A stretch of DNA of 64,000 bases from Eledone cirrhosa (Eukaryota). Shown here one piece after another: positions 1-15,200 of this stretch; the first letter of the stretch is position 1; each line of letters begins with the position of its first letter. The translations under genes were made by a program, and so were the position numbers. The stretch lies in the NCBI GenBank assembly GCA_964016885.1, contig OZ024740.1, forward strand, positions 9,238,001 through 9,302,000, written 5' to 3'. Below the pieces are notes generated by a model. That model was given only the letters and a program-made list of their open reading frames with translations. It was not told where the DNA came from and did not search any database.

Positions 1-2423
1 ATTTGTACGTCAGTTTTGATTGGTATGTCAGTTTCGATTTGTATATCAGTTTCGATTCCTATGTCAGTTTCGATTGCTATGTCAGTTGCGATTGGTATAT
101 CAGTTTCGATTAGTATGTCAGTTTTGATTGGTATGTCAGTTTCTATTGGTATATCAGTTTCGATTGGTATGTCAGTTTCTATTGGTATATCGGTTTCCAT
201 TAGTATATCAGTTTCAATTGGTATGTCAGTTTCTATTGGTATATCAGTTTCGATTGGTATATCAGTTTCTATTGGTATATCAGTTCCGATTAGTATATCA
301 GTTTCCATTGGTATATCAGTTTCCATTGCTATATCAGTTTCAATTGGTATGTCAGTTTCGATTAGTATGTCAGATTCAATTGGTATGTCAGTTTCGATTA
401 GTATATCAGTTTCTATTGGTATGTCAGTTTCTATTGGTATGTCAGTTTCTATTGGTAAATCAGTTTCGATTGGTATATCAGTTTCGATTGGTATATCAGT
501 TTCTATTGGTATGTCAGTTTCTATTGGTATGTCAGTTTCTATTGGTATGTCAGTTTCAATTGGTATATCAGTTTCTATTGGTACATCAGTTCCGATTGGT
601 ATATCAGTCTCGATTGGTATGTCAGTTTCGATTAGTATATCAGTTTCTATTGGTATGTCAGTTATGATTGGTATGTCAGTTTCTATTAGTATATCAGTTT
701 CTATTGGTGTGTCAGTTTCTATTGGTATGTTAGTCCTCGATTGGTATGTCAGTTTCTATTGGTATATCAATTTCGATTGGTATGTCAGTTTCGATTGGTA
801 TGTCAGTTTCGATTGGTATGTCAGTTTCGATTAGTATGTCAGTTTCGATTGGTATATCAGTTTCGATTAGTATGTCAGTTTCTATTGGTATATCGGTTTC
901 CATTGGTATATCAGTTTCAATTGGTATGTCAGTTTATATTGGTATATCAGTTTCTATTGGTATGTCAGTTTTGATTGGTATGTCAGTTTCTATTGATATA
1001 TCAGTTCCGATTGGTATATCAGTTTCGATTGGTATATCAGTTCCGATTGGTATATCAGTTTCTATTGGTTTGTCAGTTTCTATTGGTATTTCAATTTCGA
1101 TTGGTATATCAGTTCCGATTAGTATGTCAGTTTCGATTTGTATGTCAGTTTCGATTTGTACGTCAGTTTCGATTTGTACGTCAGTTTTGATTGGTATGTC
1201 AGTTTCGATTTGTATATCAGTTTCGATTCCTATGTCAGTTTCGATTGGTATGTCAGTTTCGATTGGTATGTCAGTTTCGATTAGTATGTCAGTTTCGAAT
1301 GGTATATCAGTTTCGATTAGTATGTCAGTTTCTATTGGTATATCGGTTTCCATTGTTATATCAGTTCCGATTAGTATATCAGTTTCGATTGGTATATCAG
1401 TTTCCATTGGTATATCAGTTTAAATTGGTATGTCAGTTTCGATTAGTATGTCAGTTTCAATTGGTATGTCAGTTTCGATTAGTATATCAGTTTCTATTGG
1501 AATGTCAGTTTCGATTGGTATGTCAGTTTCTATTTGTATATCAGTATTGATTGGTATATCAGTTTCGATTGGTATATCAGTTTCTATTGGTATGTCAGTT
1601 TCTATTGGTATGTCAGTTTCAATTGGTATATCAGTTTCGATTGGTATGTCAGTTTCTATTGGTATATCAGTTTATATTTGTATGTCAGTTTCGATTGGTA
1701 TGTCACTTTCTATTGGTATATCAGTTTTGATTGGTATGTTAGATTCTGTTGGTATGTTAGTTCCGATTGGTATGTTAGTGCTCGATTCGTATGTCAGTTT
1801 CTATTGGTATTTCAGTTTCGATTAGTATGTCAGTTTCGATTCGTATGTCAGTTTCAATTGGTATGTCAGTTTCGATTAGTATATCAGTTTCTATTGGTAT
1901 GTCAGTTTCTATTGGTATGTCAGTTTCTATTGGTAAATCAGTTTCGATTGGTATATCAGTTTCGATTGGCATATCAGTTTCTATTGGTATGTCAGTTTCT
2001 ATTGGTATGTCAGTTTCTATTGGTATGTCAGTTTCAATTGGTATATCTGTTTCTATTGGTACATCAGTTCCGATTGGTATATCAGTCTCGATTGGTATGT
2101 CAGTTTCGATTAGTATATCAGTTTCTATTGGTATGTCAGTTATGATTGGTATGTCAGTTTCTATTAGTATATCAGTTTCTATTGGTGTGTCAGTTTCTAT
2201 TGGTATGTTAGTCCTCGATTGGTATGTCAGTTTCTATTGGTATATCAATTTCGATTGGTATGTCAGTTTCTATTGGTATATCAATTTCGATTGGTATGTC
2301 AGTTTCGATTTGTGTATCAGTTTCGATTCATATGTCAGTTTCGATTGGTATGTCAGTTTCGATTGGTATGTCAGTTTCGATTAGTATGTCAGTTTCGATT
2401 GGTATATCAGTTTCGATTAGTAT
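1..2423 (+). repeat. 18-bp tandem satellite, consensus ATTGGTAT(A/G)TCAGTTTC(G/T), segment 1 (runs to the window edge)
   Basis: Continuous 18-nt periodicity read directly; T-rich plus strand; 19-bp variants ATTGGTATGTTAGTCCTCG at 721 and 2199. Confidence 0.98.
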
Positions 2424-3833
2424 CATCATCATCACCGTTTTACGTCCGTTCTTCCACGCTAGCATGGGTTAGACGGGTTGTCCTGTTGTGGGCAGTGTCT
2501 GGTCGGCTGACCATGCCTTGCTCATACAGGAACTGATCTGGCTTGATTTCTACAGCTGGATGCCCTTCCTAACACCAACCTCATTTACAGTGAGTGCTGG
2601 GTGCTTTTTCGTGGCGCCTACACGTCCACTTTACAGTGTGGGCTGGGTGCTTTTTTGCCGTGGCACCTCCACGACCACCTTGCGGTGGGGGGAGGGGGGG
2701 CATATTGATTATATGCTTCAGCATGTACCCATGGGAGGTCGGGTACCCTGTATTACTGCGTGACGCCAGAGGTCACGGTCGTGTGTCATTGACTTTGAGA
2801 GGTGTAGTTGGGTAAGGTCGGCTTTTATCACCTCATCCCAAGTCATCTTGGGTCTCCCCACTCCGCGGTTTCCATCAACTTCTAGTGCTCTGCACCTTTT
2901 TATGCAGCTGTCATCCTTCATACGCATCACATGTCCATACCAGCGTAACCGCCTCTCCTGCACGCAGCATTTGATTCCTCTTATGCTCAGTCTCTCTCTC
3001 AATTCCTTTATGCTTTGTCGTTCACGTATATTACTGTTACACATCCATCGGAGCATGCAGGCTTCGTTTCTCTCTAATCTACGTAAGTCTTCCACCTTCA
3101 GCGCCCAGATCTCACTACCATGCAACATCGCTGTTCGGATACACGCATTATACAGTCTGCCTTTCATTCTGAGGGAGAAGCCTTTTGCAGCTAGCAGTGG
3201 TAGTAGTTCCCTAAACTTCTTCCATCCCGTTCTTACCCTAGTTATTGTACTTTCTGAGCACCCACCTCCGTTGCTAATTCGGTCACCTAGGTAGCAGAAG
3301 CTGTCTACTGTTTCTACAGGGCCCTCCCAGAGATTGGTGGTACTTGTTTCCTGTGGCTGTTTGCTTGCTGTTTCAGCACAGCTGCTGCATGTGAATCCTA
3401 CAATCTTAATTAAGCTTCCTGAGATCCCGCTACATCTCTTGTGTACCCATTGTTTGCATTTGGGGCAAAGAATGGAGTTCCTACCTACACCTTTCCTACA
3501 TACTGAGCAAGGCCATTTCCCTGAGGGGATCTGGGTTCTGTTTTCTCGTCTACTTATAAGGACCTTAGTCTTTGTCATGTTGACTTTGAGGCCCTTTCTC
3601 TCTAGTCCCTGCTTCCAGGTTTGGAATTTATTCTCTAGTTCTACCATAGATTCAGCTATGAGTGCGAGGTCATCAGCATACAGGAGTTCCCATGGGCATC
3701 CGGTCTTAAACTCCTCCGTTATTGCCTGCAGGACTATGATGAACAGGAGAGGGCTAAGAACAGAGCCCTGGTGGACCCCAACCTGTACGCTAAATGCCTC
3801 GCTATACTCATTGCCAATCCTAACTTTGCTGAC
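2422..3833 (-). mobile_element. RTE-clade LINE, family A copy 1, 5'-truncated inside the RT domain, intact 3' UTR and (GAT)n tail
   Basis: Minus-strand frame encodes GVHQGSVLSPLLF, YADD, FCYLG, RRLRWYGHVMR, GRPKMTW. The 3' end reads (minus) CCCATGCTAGCGTGGAAGAACGGACGTAAAACGGTGATGATGATGAT. About 99% identical to 37172-38425 by eye. Confidence 0.95.
2718..3833 (-). pseudogene. 5'-truncated reverse transcriptase ORF fragment (RT C-terminal half, PHD finger, RTE C-terminal region)
   Basis: Track ORF 2718..3647; the frame stays open 62 codons further upstream (VSKVRIGNEYSEAFSVQVGVHQGSVLSPLLF...YADDLALIAES) up to the satellite junction at 3833. Confidence 0.9.
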
Positions 3834-5732
3834 CAGTTTCTATTGGTATATCGGTTTCCATTGGTATATCAGTTTCAATTGGTATGTCAGTTTATATTGG
3901 TATATCAGTTTCTATTGGTATGTCAGTTTTGATTGGTATGTCAGTTTCTATTGATATATCAGTTCCGATTGGTATATCAGTTTCGATTGGTATATCAGTT
4001 CCGATTGGTATATCAGTTTCTATTGGTATGTCAGTTTCTATTGGTATTTCAATTTCGATTGGTATATCAGTTCCGATTAGTATGTCAGTTTCGATTTGTA
4101 TGTCAGTTTCGATTTGTACGTCAGTTTCGATTTGTACGTCAGTTTTGATTGGTATGTCAGTTTCGATTTGTATATCAGTTTCGATTCCTATGTCAGTTTC
4201 GATTGGTATGTCAGTTTCGATTGGTATGTCAGTTTCGATTAGTATGTCAGTTTCGAATGGTATATCAGTTCCGATTAGTATATCAGTTTCGATTGGTATA
4301 TCAGTTTCCATTGGTATATCAGTTTCTATTGGTACATCAGTTTCGATTGGTATATCAGTTCCGATTGGTATGTCAGTTTCTATTGGTATATCAATTTCGA
4401 TTGGTATATCAGTTTCGATTAGTATGTCTGTTTCGAATCATATGTCAGTTTCGATTAGTACGTCAGTTTCGATTGGTATGTCAGTTTCGATTTGTATATC
4501 AGTTTCGATTCTTATGTAAGTTTCTATTGGTATATCAATTTTGATTGGTATGTCAGTTTCGATTTGTATATCAGTTTCGATTCCTATGTCAGTTTCGATT
4601 GGTATGTCAGTTGCGATTGGTATATCAGTTTCGATTAGTATGTCAGTTTTGATTGGTATGTCAGTTTCTATTGGTATATCAGTTTCGATTGGTATATCAG
4701 TTTCTATTGGTATATCAGTTCCGATTGGTATGTCAGTTTCTATTGGTATATCGGTTTCCATTGGTATATCAGTTTCAATTGGTATGTCAGTTTCTATTGG
4801 TATATCAGTTTCGATTGGTATATCAGTTTCTATTGGTATATCAGTTCCGATTAGTATATCAGTTTCGATTGGTATATCAGTTTCCATTGGTATATCAGTT
4901 TCAATTGGTATGTCAGTTTCGATTAGTATGTCAGATTCAATTGGTATGTCAGTTTCGATTAGTATATCAGTTTCTATTTGTATGTCAGTTTCTATTGGTA
5001 TGTCAGTTTCTATTGGTAAATCAGTTTCGATTGGTATATCAGTTTCGATTGGTATATCAGTTTCTATTGGTATGTCAGTTTCTATTGGTATGTCAGTTTC
5101 TATTGGTATGTCAGTTTCAATTGGTATATCAGTTTCTATTGGTACATCAGTTCCGATTGGTATATCAGTCTCGATTGGTATGTCAGTTTCGATTAGTATA
5201 TCAGTTTCTATTGGTATGTCAGTTATGATTGGTATGTCAGTTTCTATTAGTATATCAGTTTCTATTGGTGTGTCAGTTTCTATTGGTATGTTAGTCCTCG
5301 ATTGGTATGTCAGTTTCTATTGGTATATCAATTTCGATTGGTATGTCAGTTTCTATTGGTATATCAATTTCGATTGGTATGTCAGTTTCGATTTGTGTAT
5401 CAGTTTCGATTCGTATGTCGGTTTCGATTGGTATGTCAGTTTCGATTGGTATGTCAGTGTCGATTAGTATGTCAGTTTTGATTGGTATATCAGTTTCGAT
5501 TAGTATGTCAGTTTCTATTGGTATATCGGTTTCCATTGGTATATCAGTTTCAATCTGTATGTCAGTTTATATTGGTATATCAGTTTCTATTGGTATGTCA
5601 GTTCCGATTGGTATATCAGTTTCTATTGGTATGTCAGTTTCTATTGGTATTTCAATTTCGATTGGTATATCAGTTCCGATTAGTATGTCAGTTTCGATTT
5701 GTATGTCAGTTTCGATTTGTACGTCAGTTTCG

Positions 5733-7609
5733 ATTTGTACGTCAGTTTTGATTGGTATGTCAGTTTCGATTTGTATATCAGTTTCGATTCCTATGTCAGT
5801 TTCGATTGCTATGTCAGTTGCGATTGGTATATCAGTTTCGATTAGTATGTCAGTTTTGATTGGTATGTCAGTTTCTATTGGTATATCAGTTTCGATTGGT
5901 ATGTCAGTTTCTATTGGTATATCGGTTTCCATTAGTATATCAGTTTCAATTGGTATGTCAGTTTCTATTGGTATATCAGTTTCGATTGGTATATCAGTTT
6001 CTATTGGTATATCAGTTCCGATTAGTATATCAGTTTCCATTGGTATATCAGTTTCCATTGCTATATCAGTTTCAATTGGTATGTCAGTTTCGATTAGTAT
6101 GTCAGATTCAATTGGTATGTCAGTTTCGATTAGTATATCAGTTTCTATTGGTATGTCAGTTTCTATTGGTATGTCAGTTTCTATTGGTAAATCAGTTTCG
6201 ATTGGTATATCAGTTTCGATTGGTATATCAGTTTCTATTGGTATGTCAGTTTCTATTGGTATGTCAGTTTCTATTGGTATGTCAGTTTCAATTGGTATAT
6301 CAGTTTCTATTGGTACATCAGTTCCGATTGGTATATCAGTCTCGATTGGTATGTCAGTTTCGATTAGTATATCAGTTTCTATTGGTATGTCAGTTATGAT
6401 TGGTATGTCAGTTTCTATTAGTATATCAGTTTCTATTGGTGTGTCAGTTTCTATTGGTATGTTAGTCCTCGATTGGTATGTCAGTTTCTATTGGTATATC
6501 AATTTCGATTGGTATGTCAGTTTCGATTGGTATGTCAGTTTCGATTGGTATGTCAGTTTCGATTAGTATGTCAGTTTCGATTGGTATATCAGTTTCGATT
6601 AGTATGTCAGTTTCTATTGGTATATCGGTTTCCATTGGTATATCAGTTTCAATTGGTATGTCAGTTTATATTGGTATATCAGTTTCTATTGGTATGTCAG
6701 TTTTGATTGGTATGTCAGTTTCTATTGATATATCAGTTCCGATTGGTATATCAGTTTCGATTGGTATATCAGTTCCGATTGGTATATCAGTTTCTATTGG
6801 TTTGTCAGTTTCTATTGGTATTTCAATTTCGATTGGTATATCAGTTCCGATTAGTATGTCAGTTTCGATTTGTATGTCAGTTTCGATTTGTACGTCAGTT
6901 TCGATTTGTACGTCAGTTTTGATTGGTATGTCAGTTTCGATTTGTATATCAGTTTCGATTCCTATGTCAGTTTCGATTGGTATGTCAGTTTCGATTGGTA
7001 TGTCAGTTTCGATTAGTATGTCAGTTTCGAATGGTATATCAGTTTCGATTAGTATGTCAGTTTCTATTGGTATATCGGTTTCCATTGTTATATCAGTTCC
7101 GATTAGTATATCAGTTTCGATTGGTATATCAGTTTCCATTGGTATATCAGTTTAAATTGGTATGTCAGTTTCGATTAGTATGTCAGTTTCAATTGGTATG
7201 TCAGTTTCGATTAGTATATCAGTTTCTATTGGAATGTCAGTTTCGATTGGTATGTCAGTTTCTATTTGTATATCAGTATTGATTGGTATATCAGTTTCGA
7301 TTGGTATATCAGTTTCTATTGGTATGTCAGTTTCTATTGGTATGTCAGTTTCAATTGGTATATCAGTTTCGATTGGTATGTCAGTTTCTATTGGTATATC
7401 AGTTTATATTTGTATGTCAGTTTCGATTGGTATGTCACTTTCTATTGGTATATCAGTTTTGATTGGTATGTTAGATTCTGTTGGTATGTTAGTTCCGATT
7501 GGTATGTTAGTGCTCGATTCGTATGTCAGTTTCTATTGGTATTTCAGTTTCGATTAGTATGTCAGTTTCGATTCGTATGTCAGTTTCAATTGGTATGTCA
7601 GTTTCGATT
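5733..7609 (+). repeat. Near-identical copy of 1-1877 (offset 5732 bp)
   Basis: Identical ORF-track translations at constant offset (128/5860, 741/6473, 934/6666, 1430/7162) and the same string of rare variants. Confidence 0.9.
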
Positions 7610-10600
7610 GGTATGTCAGTTTCTATTGGTATATCAGTTTCTAATGGTATATCAGTTTCTATTGGTATGTCAGTTTCTATTGTTATATCAGTTTCGATTG
7701 ATATACCAGTTTCGATTAGTATGTCAGTTTATATTGGTATGTCAGTTTCGATTAGTATATCAGTTTCTATTGGTATGTCAGTTTCGATTGGTATGTCAGT
7801 TTCTATTGGTATATCAGTTTCGATTGGTATATCAGTTTCGATTGGTATATCAGTTTCGATTGGTATGTCAGTTTCTATTGGTATGTCAGTTTCTATTAGT
7901 ATGTCAGTTTCAATCGGGATATCAGTTTCGATTGGTATGTCAGATTTATTGGTATGTCAATTTCGATTGGTATATCAGTTTCGATTGGTATGTCAGTTTC
8001 TATTGGTATATCAGTTTATATTTGTATGTCATTTTCGATTGGTATGTCAGTTTCTATTGGTATATCAGTTTTGATTGGTATATTAGTTTCTGTTGGTATG
8101 TCAGTTTCTATTGGTATATCAGTTTCCATTGGTATATCAGTTTCAATTGGTATGTCAGTTTCTATTGTTATATCAGTTTCTATTGGTATGCCAGTTGTGA
8201 TTGGTATGTCAGTTTCTATTGGTATATCAGTTTCGATTGGTATATCACTTTCTATTGGTATATCAGTTCCGATTGGTATATCAGTTTCGATTTGTATATC
8301 AGTTTCTATTGGTATATCAGTTCCGATTGGTATATCAGTTTTGATTGGAATATCAGTTGCTATTGGTATATCAGTTTCGATTGATATACCAGTTTCGATT
8401 AGTATGTCAGTTTCTATTCGTATGTAAGTTTCGATTAGTATATTAGTTTCTATTGGTATGTCAGTTTCGATTGGTATGTCAGTTTCTATTGGTATATCAG
8501 TTTCTATTGGTATGTCAGATTTATTGGTATGTCAATTTCGATTGGTATGTCAGTTTCTATTATTATGTCAGTTTCTATTGGTATGTCAGTTTCAATTGGT
8601 ATATCAGTTTCGATTGGTATGTCAGATTTATTGGTATATCAGTTTTGAATGGTATGTCAGTTTCGATTGGTATGTCAGTTTCTATTGGTATATCAGTTTT
8701 GATTGTTTGTTAGTTTCTGTTGGTATGTCAGTTCCGATTGGTATGTTAGTCCTCGATTCGTATGTCAGTTTCTATTGGTATATCAATTTCGATTGGTATG
8801 TCAGTTTATATTGGTATGTCAGTTTCTATTGGTATATCAGTTTCGATTGGTATGTCAGTTTCGAATAGTATATCAGTTTCTAATAGTATGTCAGTTTCTA
8901 TTGGTATATCAATTTCGATTGGTATATCAGTTTCAATTAGTATATCAGTTTCGATTCGTATATCAGTTTCAATTGGTATGTCAGTTTCTATTGGTATATC
9001 AGTTTCTAGTGGTATGTCATTTTTGATTGGTATGTCAGTTTCTATTGATATATCAGTTCCGATTGTTATATCAGTTTCGATTGTTATATCAGTTCCGATT
9101 GGTATATCAGTTTCTATTGGTATGTCAGTTTCTATTGGTATTTCAATTTCGATTGGTATATCAGTTCCGATTAGTATGTCAGTTTCGATTTGTATGTCAG
9201 TTTCGATTGGTACGTCAGTTTTGATTGGTATGTCAGTTTCGATTTGTATATCAGCTTCAATTCCTATGTCAGTTTCGATTGGTATGTCAGTTTCGATTGG
9301 TATGTCAGTTTCGATTAGTATGTCAGTTTCGATTGGTATATTAGTTTTGATTAGTATGTCAGTTTCTATTGGTATATCGGTTTCGATTGGTATATCAGTT
9401 TCAATTGGTATGTCAGTTTCTATTGGTATATCAGTTTCGATTGGTATATCAGTTTCTATTGGTATATCAGTTCCGTTTAGTATATCAGTTTCGATTGGTA
9501 TATCAGTTACCATTGGTATATCAGTTTCAATTGGTATGTCAGTTTCGATTAGTATGTCAGTTTCAATTGGTATGTCAGTTTCGATTAGTATATCAGTTTC
9601 TATTGGTATGTCAGTTTCGATTGGTATGTCAGTTTCTATTTGTATATCAGTTTTGATTGGTATATCAGTTTCGATTGGTATATCAGTTTCTATTGGTATG
9701 TCAGTTTCTATTGGTATGTCAGTTTCAATTGGTATATCAGTTTCGATTGGTATGTCAGATTTATTGGTATGTCAATTTCGATTGGTATATCAGTTTCGAT
9801 TGGTATGTCAGTTTCTATTGGTATATTAGTTTATATTTGTATGTCATTTCCGATTGGTATGTCAGTTTGTATTGGTATATCAGTTTTGATTGGTATGTTA
9901 GTTTCTGTTGGTATGTCAGATTCTATTGCTATATCAATTTCGATTGGTATGTCAGTTTCGATTGGTATATCAGTTTCGATTTGTATGTCAGTTTCGATTG
10001 GTATGTCAGTTTCGATTGGTATGTCTGTTTCCATTAGTATATCAGTTTCGATTGGTATATCAGTTTCTATTAGTATGTCAGTTTCTATTGGTATATCGGT
10101 TTCCATTGGTATATCAGTTTCAATTGGTATGTCAGTTTCTATTGGTATATCAGTTTCTATTGGTATATCCGTTTCGATTGGTATATGAGTTTCTATTGGT
10201 ATATCAGTTTCGATTAGTATATCATTTTCTATTTGTATGTCAGTTTGATTGGTATGTCAGTTTCTATTGGTATATCAGTTTCGATTGGTATACCAGTTTC
10301 GATTGGTATATCAGTTTCGATTGGTATGTCAGTTTCTATTATTATGTCAGTTTCTATTGGTATGTCAGTTTCAATTGGTATATCAGTTTCGATTGGTATG
10401 TCAGATTTATTGGTATGTCAATTTCGATTGGTATATCAGGTTCGATTGGTATGTCAGTTTCTATTGGTATATCAGTTTTGATTGTTTGTTAGTTTCTGTT
10501 GGTATGTCAGTTCCGATTGGTATGTTAGTCCTCGATTCGTATGACAGTTTCAATTGGTATGTCAGTTTCGATTGGTATGTCAGTTTCGATTAGTATGTCA

Positions 10601-12299
10601 GTTTTGATTGGTTTGTCAGTTTCTATTGGTATAGCGGTTTCCATTGGTATATCAGTTTCAATTGGTATGTCAGTTTCTATTGGTATATCAGTTTCTATTG
10701 GTATGTCAATTGTGATTTGTATGTAAGTTTCTATTGGTATATCAGTTTCGATTGGTATATCAGTTTCTATTCGTATATCATTTCCGATTGGTATATCAGT
10801 TTCGATTTCTATATCAATTTCTATTGGTATATCAGTTCCGATTGGTATATCAGTTTCAATTGGTATATCAGTTTCTATTGGTATATCAGTTTCGATTGAT
10901 ATACCAGTTTCGATTAGTATGTCAGTTTCTATTGGTATGTAAGTTTCGATTACTATATCAATTTCTATTGGTATGTCAGTTTCGATTGGTATGTCAGTTT
11001 CTACTGGTATGTTAGTCCTCGATTCGTATGTCAGTTTCTATTGGTATATCAATTTTGATTGGTATGTCAGTTTCTATTGGTATGCCAGTTTCTATTGGTA
11101 TATCAGTTTCGATTGGTATATCAGTTTCGATTAGTATGTCAGTTTCGATTCGTTTGTCAGTTTCAATTGGTATGTCAGTTTCGATTGGTATGTCAGTTTC
11201 GATTAGTATGTCAGTTTCTATTGGTATATCAGTTTCTATTGGTATGTCAGTTTTGATTGGTATGTCAGTTTCTATTGGTATATCAGTTTCGATTGGTATA
11301 TCAGTTTCTATTAGTATATCAGTTCCAATTGGTATATCAGTTTCGATTGCTATGTCAGTTTCGATTACTATATCAGTTTCTATTGGTATATCAGTTTCTA
11401 TTGGTATGTCAATTGTGATTTGTATGTAAGTTTCTATTGGTATATCAGTTTCGATTGGTATATCAGTTTCTATTCGTATATCATTTCCGATTGGTATATC
11501 AGTTTCGATTTCTATATCAATTTCTATTGGTATATCAGTTCCGATTGGTATATCAGTTTCAATTGGTATATCAGTTTCTATTGGTATATCAGTTTCGATT
11601 GATATACCAGTTTCGATTAGTATGTCAGTTTCTATTGGTATGTAAGTTTCGATTACTATATCAATTTCTATTGGTATGTCAGTTTCGATTGGTATGTCAG
11701 TTTCTATTGGTATGTTAGTCCTCGATTCGTATGTCAGTTTCTATTGGTATATCAATTTTGATTGGTATGTCAGTTTCTATTGGTATGCCAGTTTCTATTG
11801 GTATATCAGTTTCGATTGGTATATCAGTTTCGATTAGTATGTCAGTTTCGATTCGTTTGTCAGTTTCAATTGGTATGTCAGTTTCGATTGGTATGTCAGT
11901 TTCGATTAGTATGTCAGTTTCTATTGGTATATCAGTTTCTATTGGTATGTCAGTTTTGATTGGTATGTCAGTTTCTATTGGTATATCAGTTTCGATTGGT
12001 ATATCAGTTTCTATTAGTATATCAGTTCCAATTGGTATATCAGTTTCGATTGCTATGTCAGTTTCGATTACTATATCAGTTTCTATTGCTATGTCAGTTT
12101 GGATTGGTTTGTCAGTTTCTATTGGTATATCAGTTTCTATAGGTATATCAGTTTCTATTGGTATGTCAGTTTCTATTGGTAAATCAGTTTCGATTGGTAT
12201 ATCAGTCTCGATTGGTATGTCAGTTTCGATTAGTATATCAGTTTCTATTGGTATGTCAGTTATGATTGGTATGTCAGTTTCTATTAGTATATCAGTTTC

Positions 12300-15200
12300 T
12301 ATTGGTATGTCAGTTTCTATTGGTATATCAATTTCGATTGGTATGTCAGTTTCGATTGGTATGTCAGTTTCGATTGGTATGTCAGTTTCGATTAGTATGT
12401 CAGTTTCGATTGGTATATCAGTTTCGATTAGTATGTCAGTTTCTATTGGTATATCGGTTTCCATTGGTATATCAGTTTCAATTGGTATGTCAGTTTATAT
12501 TGGTATATCAGTTTCTATTGGTATGTCAGTTTTGATTGGTATGTCAGTTTCTATTGATATATCAGTTCCGATTGGTATATCAGTTTCGATTGGTATATCA
12601 GTTCCGATTGGTATATCAGTTTCTATTGGTTTGTCAGTTTCTATTGGTATTTCAATTTCGATTGGTATATCAGTTCCGATTAGTATGTCAGTTTCGATTT
12701 GTATGTCAGTTTCGATTTGTACGTCAGTTTCGATTTGTACGTCAGTTTTGATTGGTATGTCAGTTTCGATTTGTATATCAGTTTCGATTCCTATGTCAGT
12801 TTCGATTGGTATGTCAGTTTCGATTGGTATGTCAGTTTCGATTAGTATGTCAGTTTCGAATGGTATATCAGTTTCGATTAGTATGTCAGTTTCTATTGGT
12901 ATATCGGTTTCCATTGTTATATCAGTTCCGATTAGTATATCAGTTTCGATTGGTATATCAGTTTCCATTGGTATATCAGTTTAAATTGGTATGTCAGTTT
13001 CGATTAGTATGTCAGTTTCAATTGGTATGTCAGTTTCGATTAGTATATCAGTTTCTATTGGAATGTCAGTTTCGATTGGTATGTCAGTTTCTATTTGTAT
13101 ATCAGTATTGATTGGTATATCAGTTTCGATTGGTATATCAGTTTCTATTGGTATGTCAGTTTCTATTGGTATGTCAGTTTCAATTGGTATATCAGTTTCG
13201 ATTGGTATGTCAGTTTCTATTGGTATATCAGTTTATATTTGTATGTCAGTTTCGATTGGTATGTCACTTTCTATTGGTATATCAGTTTTGATTGGTATGT
13301 TAGATTCTGTTGGTATGTTAGTTCCGATTGGTATGTTAGTGCTCGATTCGTATGTCAGTTTCTATTGGTATTTCAGTTTCGATTAGTATGTCAGTTTCGA
13401 TTCGTATGTCAGTTTCAATTGGTATGTCAGTTTCGATTGGTATGTCAGTTTCTATTGGTATATCAGTTTCTAATGGTATATCAGTTTCTATTGGTATGTC
13501 AGTTTCTATTGTTATATCAGTTTCGATTGATATACCAGTTTCGATTAGTATGTCAGTTTATATTGGTATGTCAGTTTCGATTAGTATATCAGTTTCTATT
13601 GGTATGTCAGTTTCGATTGGTATGTCAGTTTCTATTGGTATATCAGTTTCGATTGGTATATCAGTTTCGATTGGTATATCAGTTTCGATTGGTATGTCAG
13701 TTTCTATTGGTATGTCAGTTTCTATTAGTATGTCAGTTTCAATCGGGATATCAGTTTCGATTGGTATGTCAGATTTATTGGTATGTCAATTTCGATTGGT
13801 ATATCAGTTTCGATTGGTATGTCAGTTTCTATTGGTATATCAGTTTATATTTGTATGTCATTTTCGATTGGTATGTCAGTTTCTATTGGTATATCAGTTT
13901 TGATTGGTATATTAGTTTCTGTTGGTATGTCAGTTTCTATTGGTATATCAGTTTCCATTGGTATATCAGTTTCAATTGGTATGTCAGTTTCTATTGTTAT
14001 ATCAGTTTCTATTGGTATGCCAGTTGTGATTGGTATGTCAGTTTCTATTGGTATATCAGTTTCGATTGGTATATCACTTTCTATTGGTATATCAGTTCCG
14101 ATTGGTATATCAGTTTCGATTTGTATATCAGTTTCTATTGGTATATCAGTTCCGATTGGTATATCAGTTTTGATTGGAATATCAGTTGCTATTGGTATAT
14201 CAGTTTCGATTGATATACCAGTTTCGATTAGTATGTCAGTTTCTATTCGTATGTAAGTTTCGATTAGTATATTAGTTTCTATTGGTATGTCAGTTTCGAT
14301 TGGTATGTCAGTTTCTATTGGTATATCAGTTTCTATTGGTATGTCAGATTTATTGGTATGTCAATTTCGATTGGTATGTCAGTTTCTATTATTATGTCAG
14401 TTTCTATTGGTATGTCAGTTTCAATTGGTATATCAGTTTCGATTGGTATGTCAGATTTATTGGTATATCAGTTTTGAATGGTATGTCAGTTTCGATTGGT
14501 ATGTCAGTTTCTATTGGTATATCAGTTTTGATTGTTTGTTAGTTTCTGTTGGTATGTCAGTTCCGATTGGTATGTTAGTCCTCGATTCGTATGTCAGTTT
14601 CTATTGGTATATCAATTTCGATTGGTATGTCAGTTTATATTGGTATGTCAGTTTCTATTGGTATATCAGTTTCGATTGGTATGTCAGTTTCGAATAGTAT
14701 ATCAGTTTCTAATAGTATGTCAGTTTCTATTGGTATATCAATTTCGATTGGTATATCAGTTTCAATTAGTATATCAGTTTCGATTCGTATATCAGTTTCA
14801 ATTGGTATGTCAGTTTCTATTGGTATATCAGTTTCTAGTGGTATGTCATTTTTGATTGGTATGTCAGTTTCTATTGATATATCAGTTCCGATTGTTATAT
14901 CAGTTTCGATTGGTATATCAGTTCCGATTGGTATATCAGTTTCTATTGGTATGTCAGTTTCTATTGGTATTTCAATTTCGATTGGTATATCAGTTCCGAT
15001 TAGTATGTCAGTTTCGATTTGTATGTCAGTTTCGATTGGTACGTCAGTTTTGATTGGTATGTCAGTTTCGATTTGTATATCAGCTTCAATTCCTATGTCA
15101 GTTTCGATTGGTATGTCAGTTTCGATTGGTATGTCAGTTTCGATTAGTATGTCAGTTTCGATTGGTATATTAGTTTTGATTAGTATGTCAGTTTCTATTG

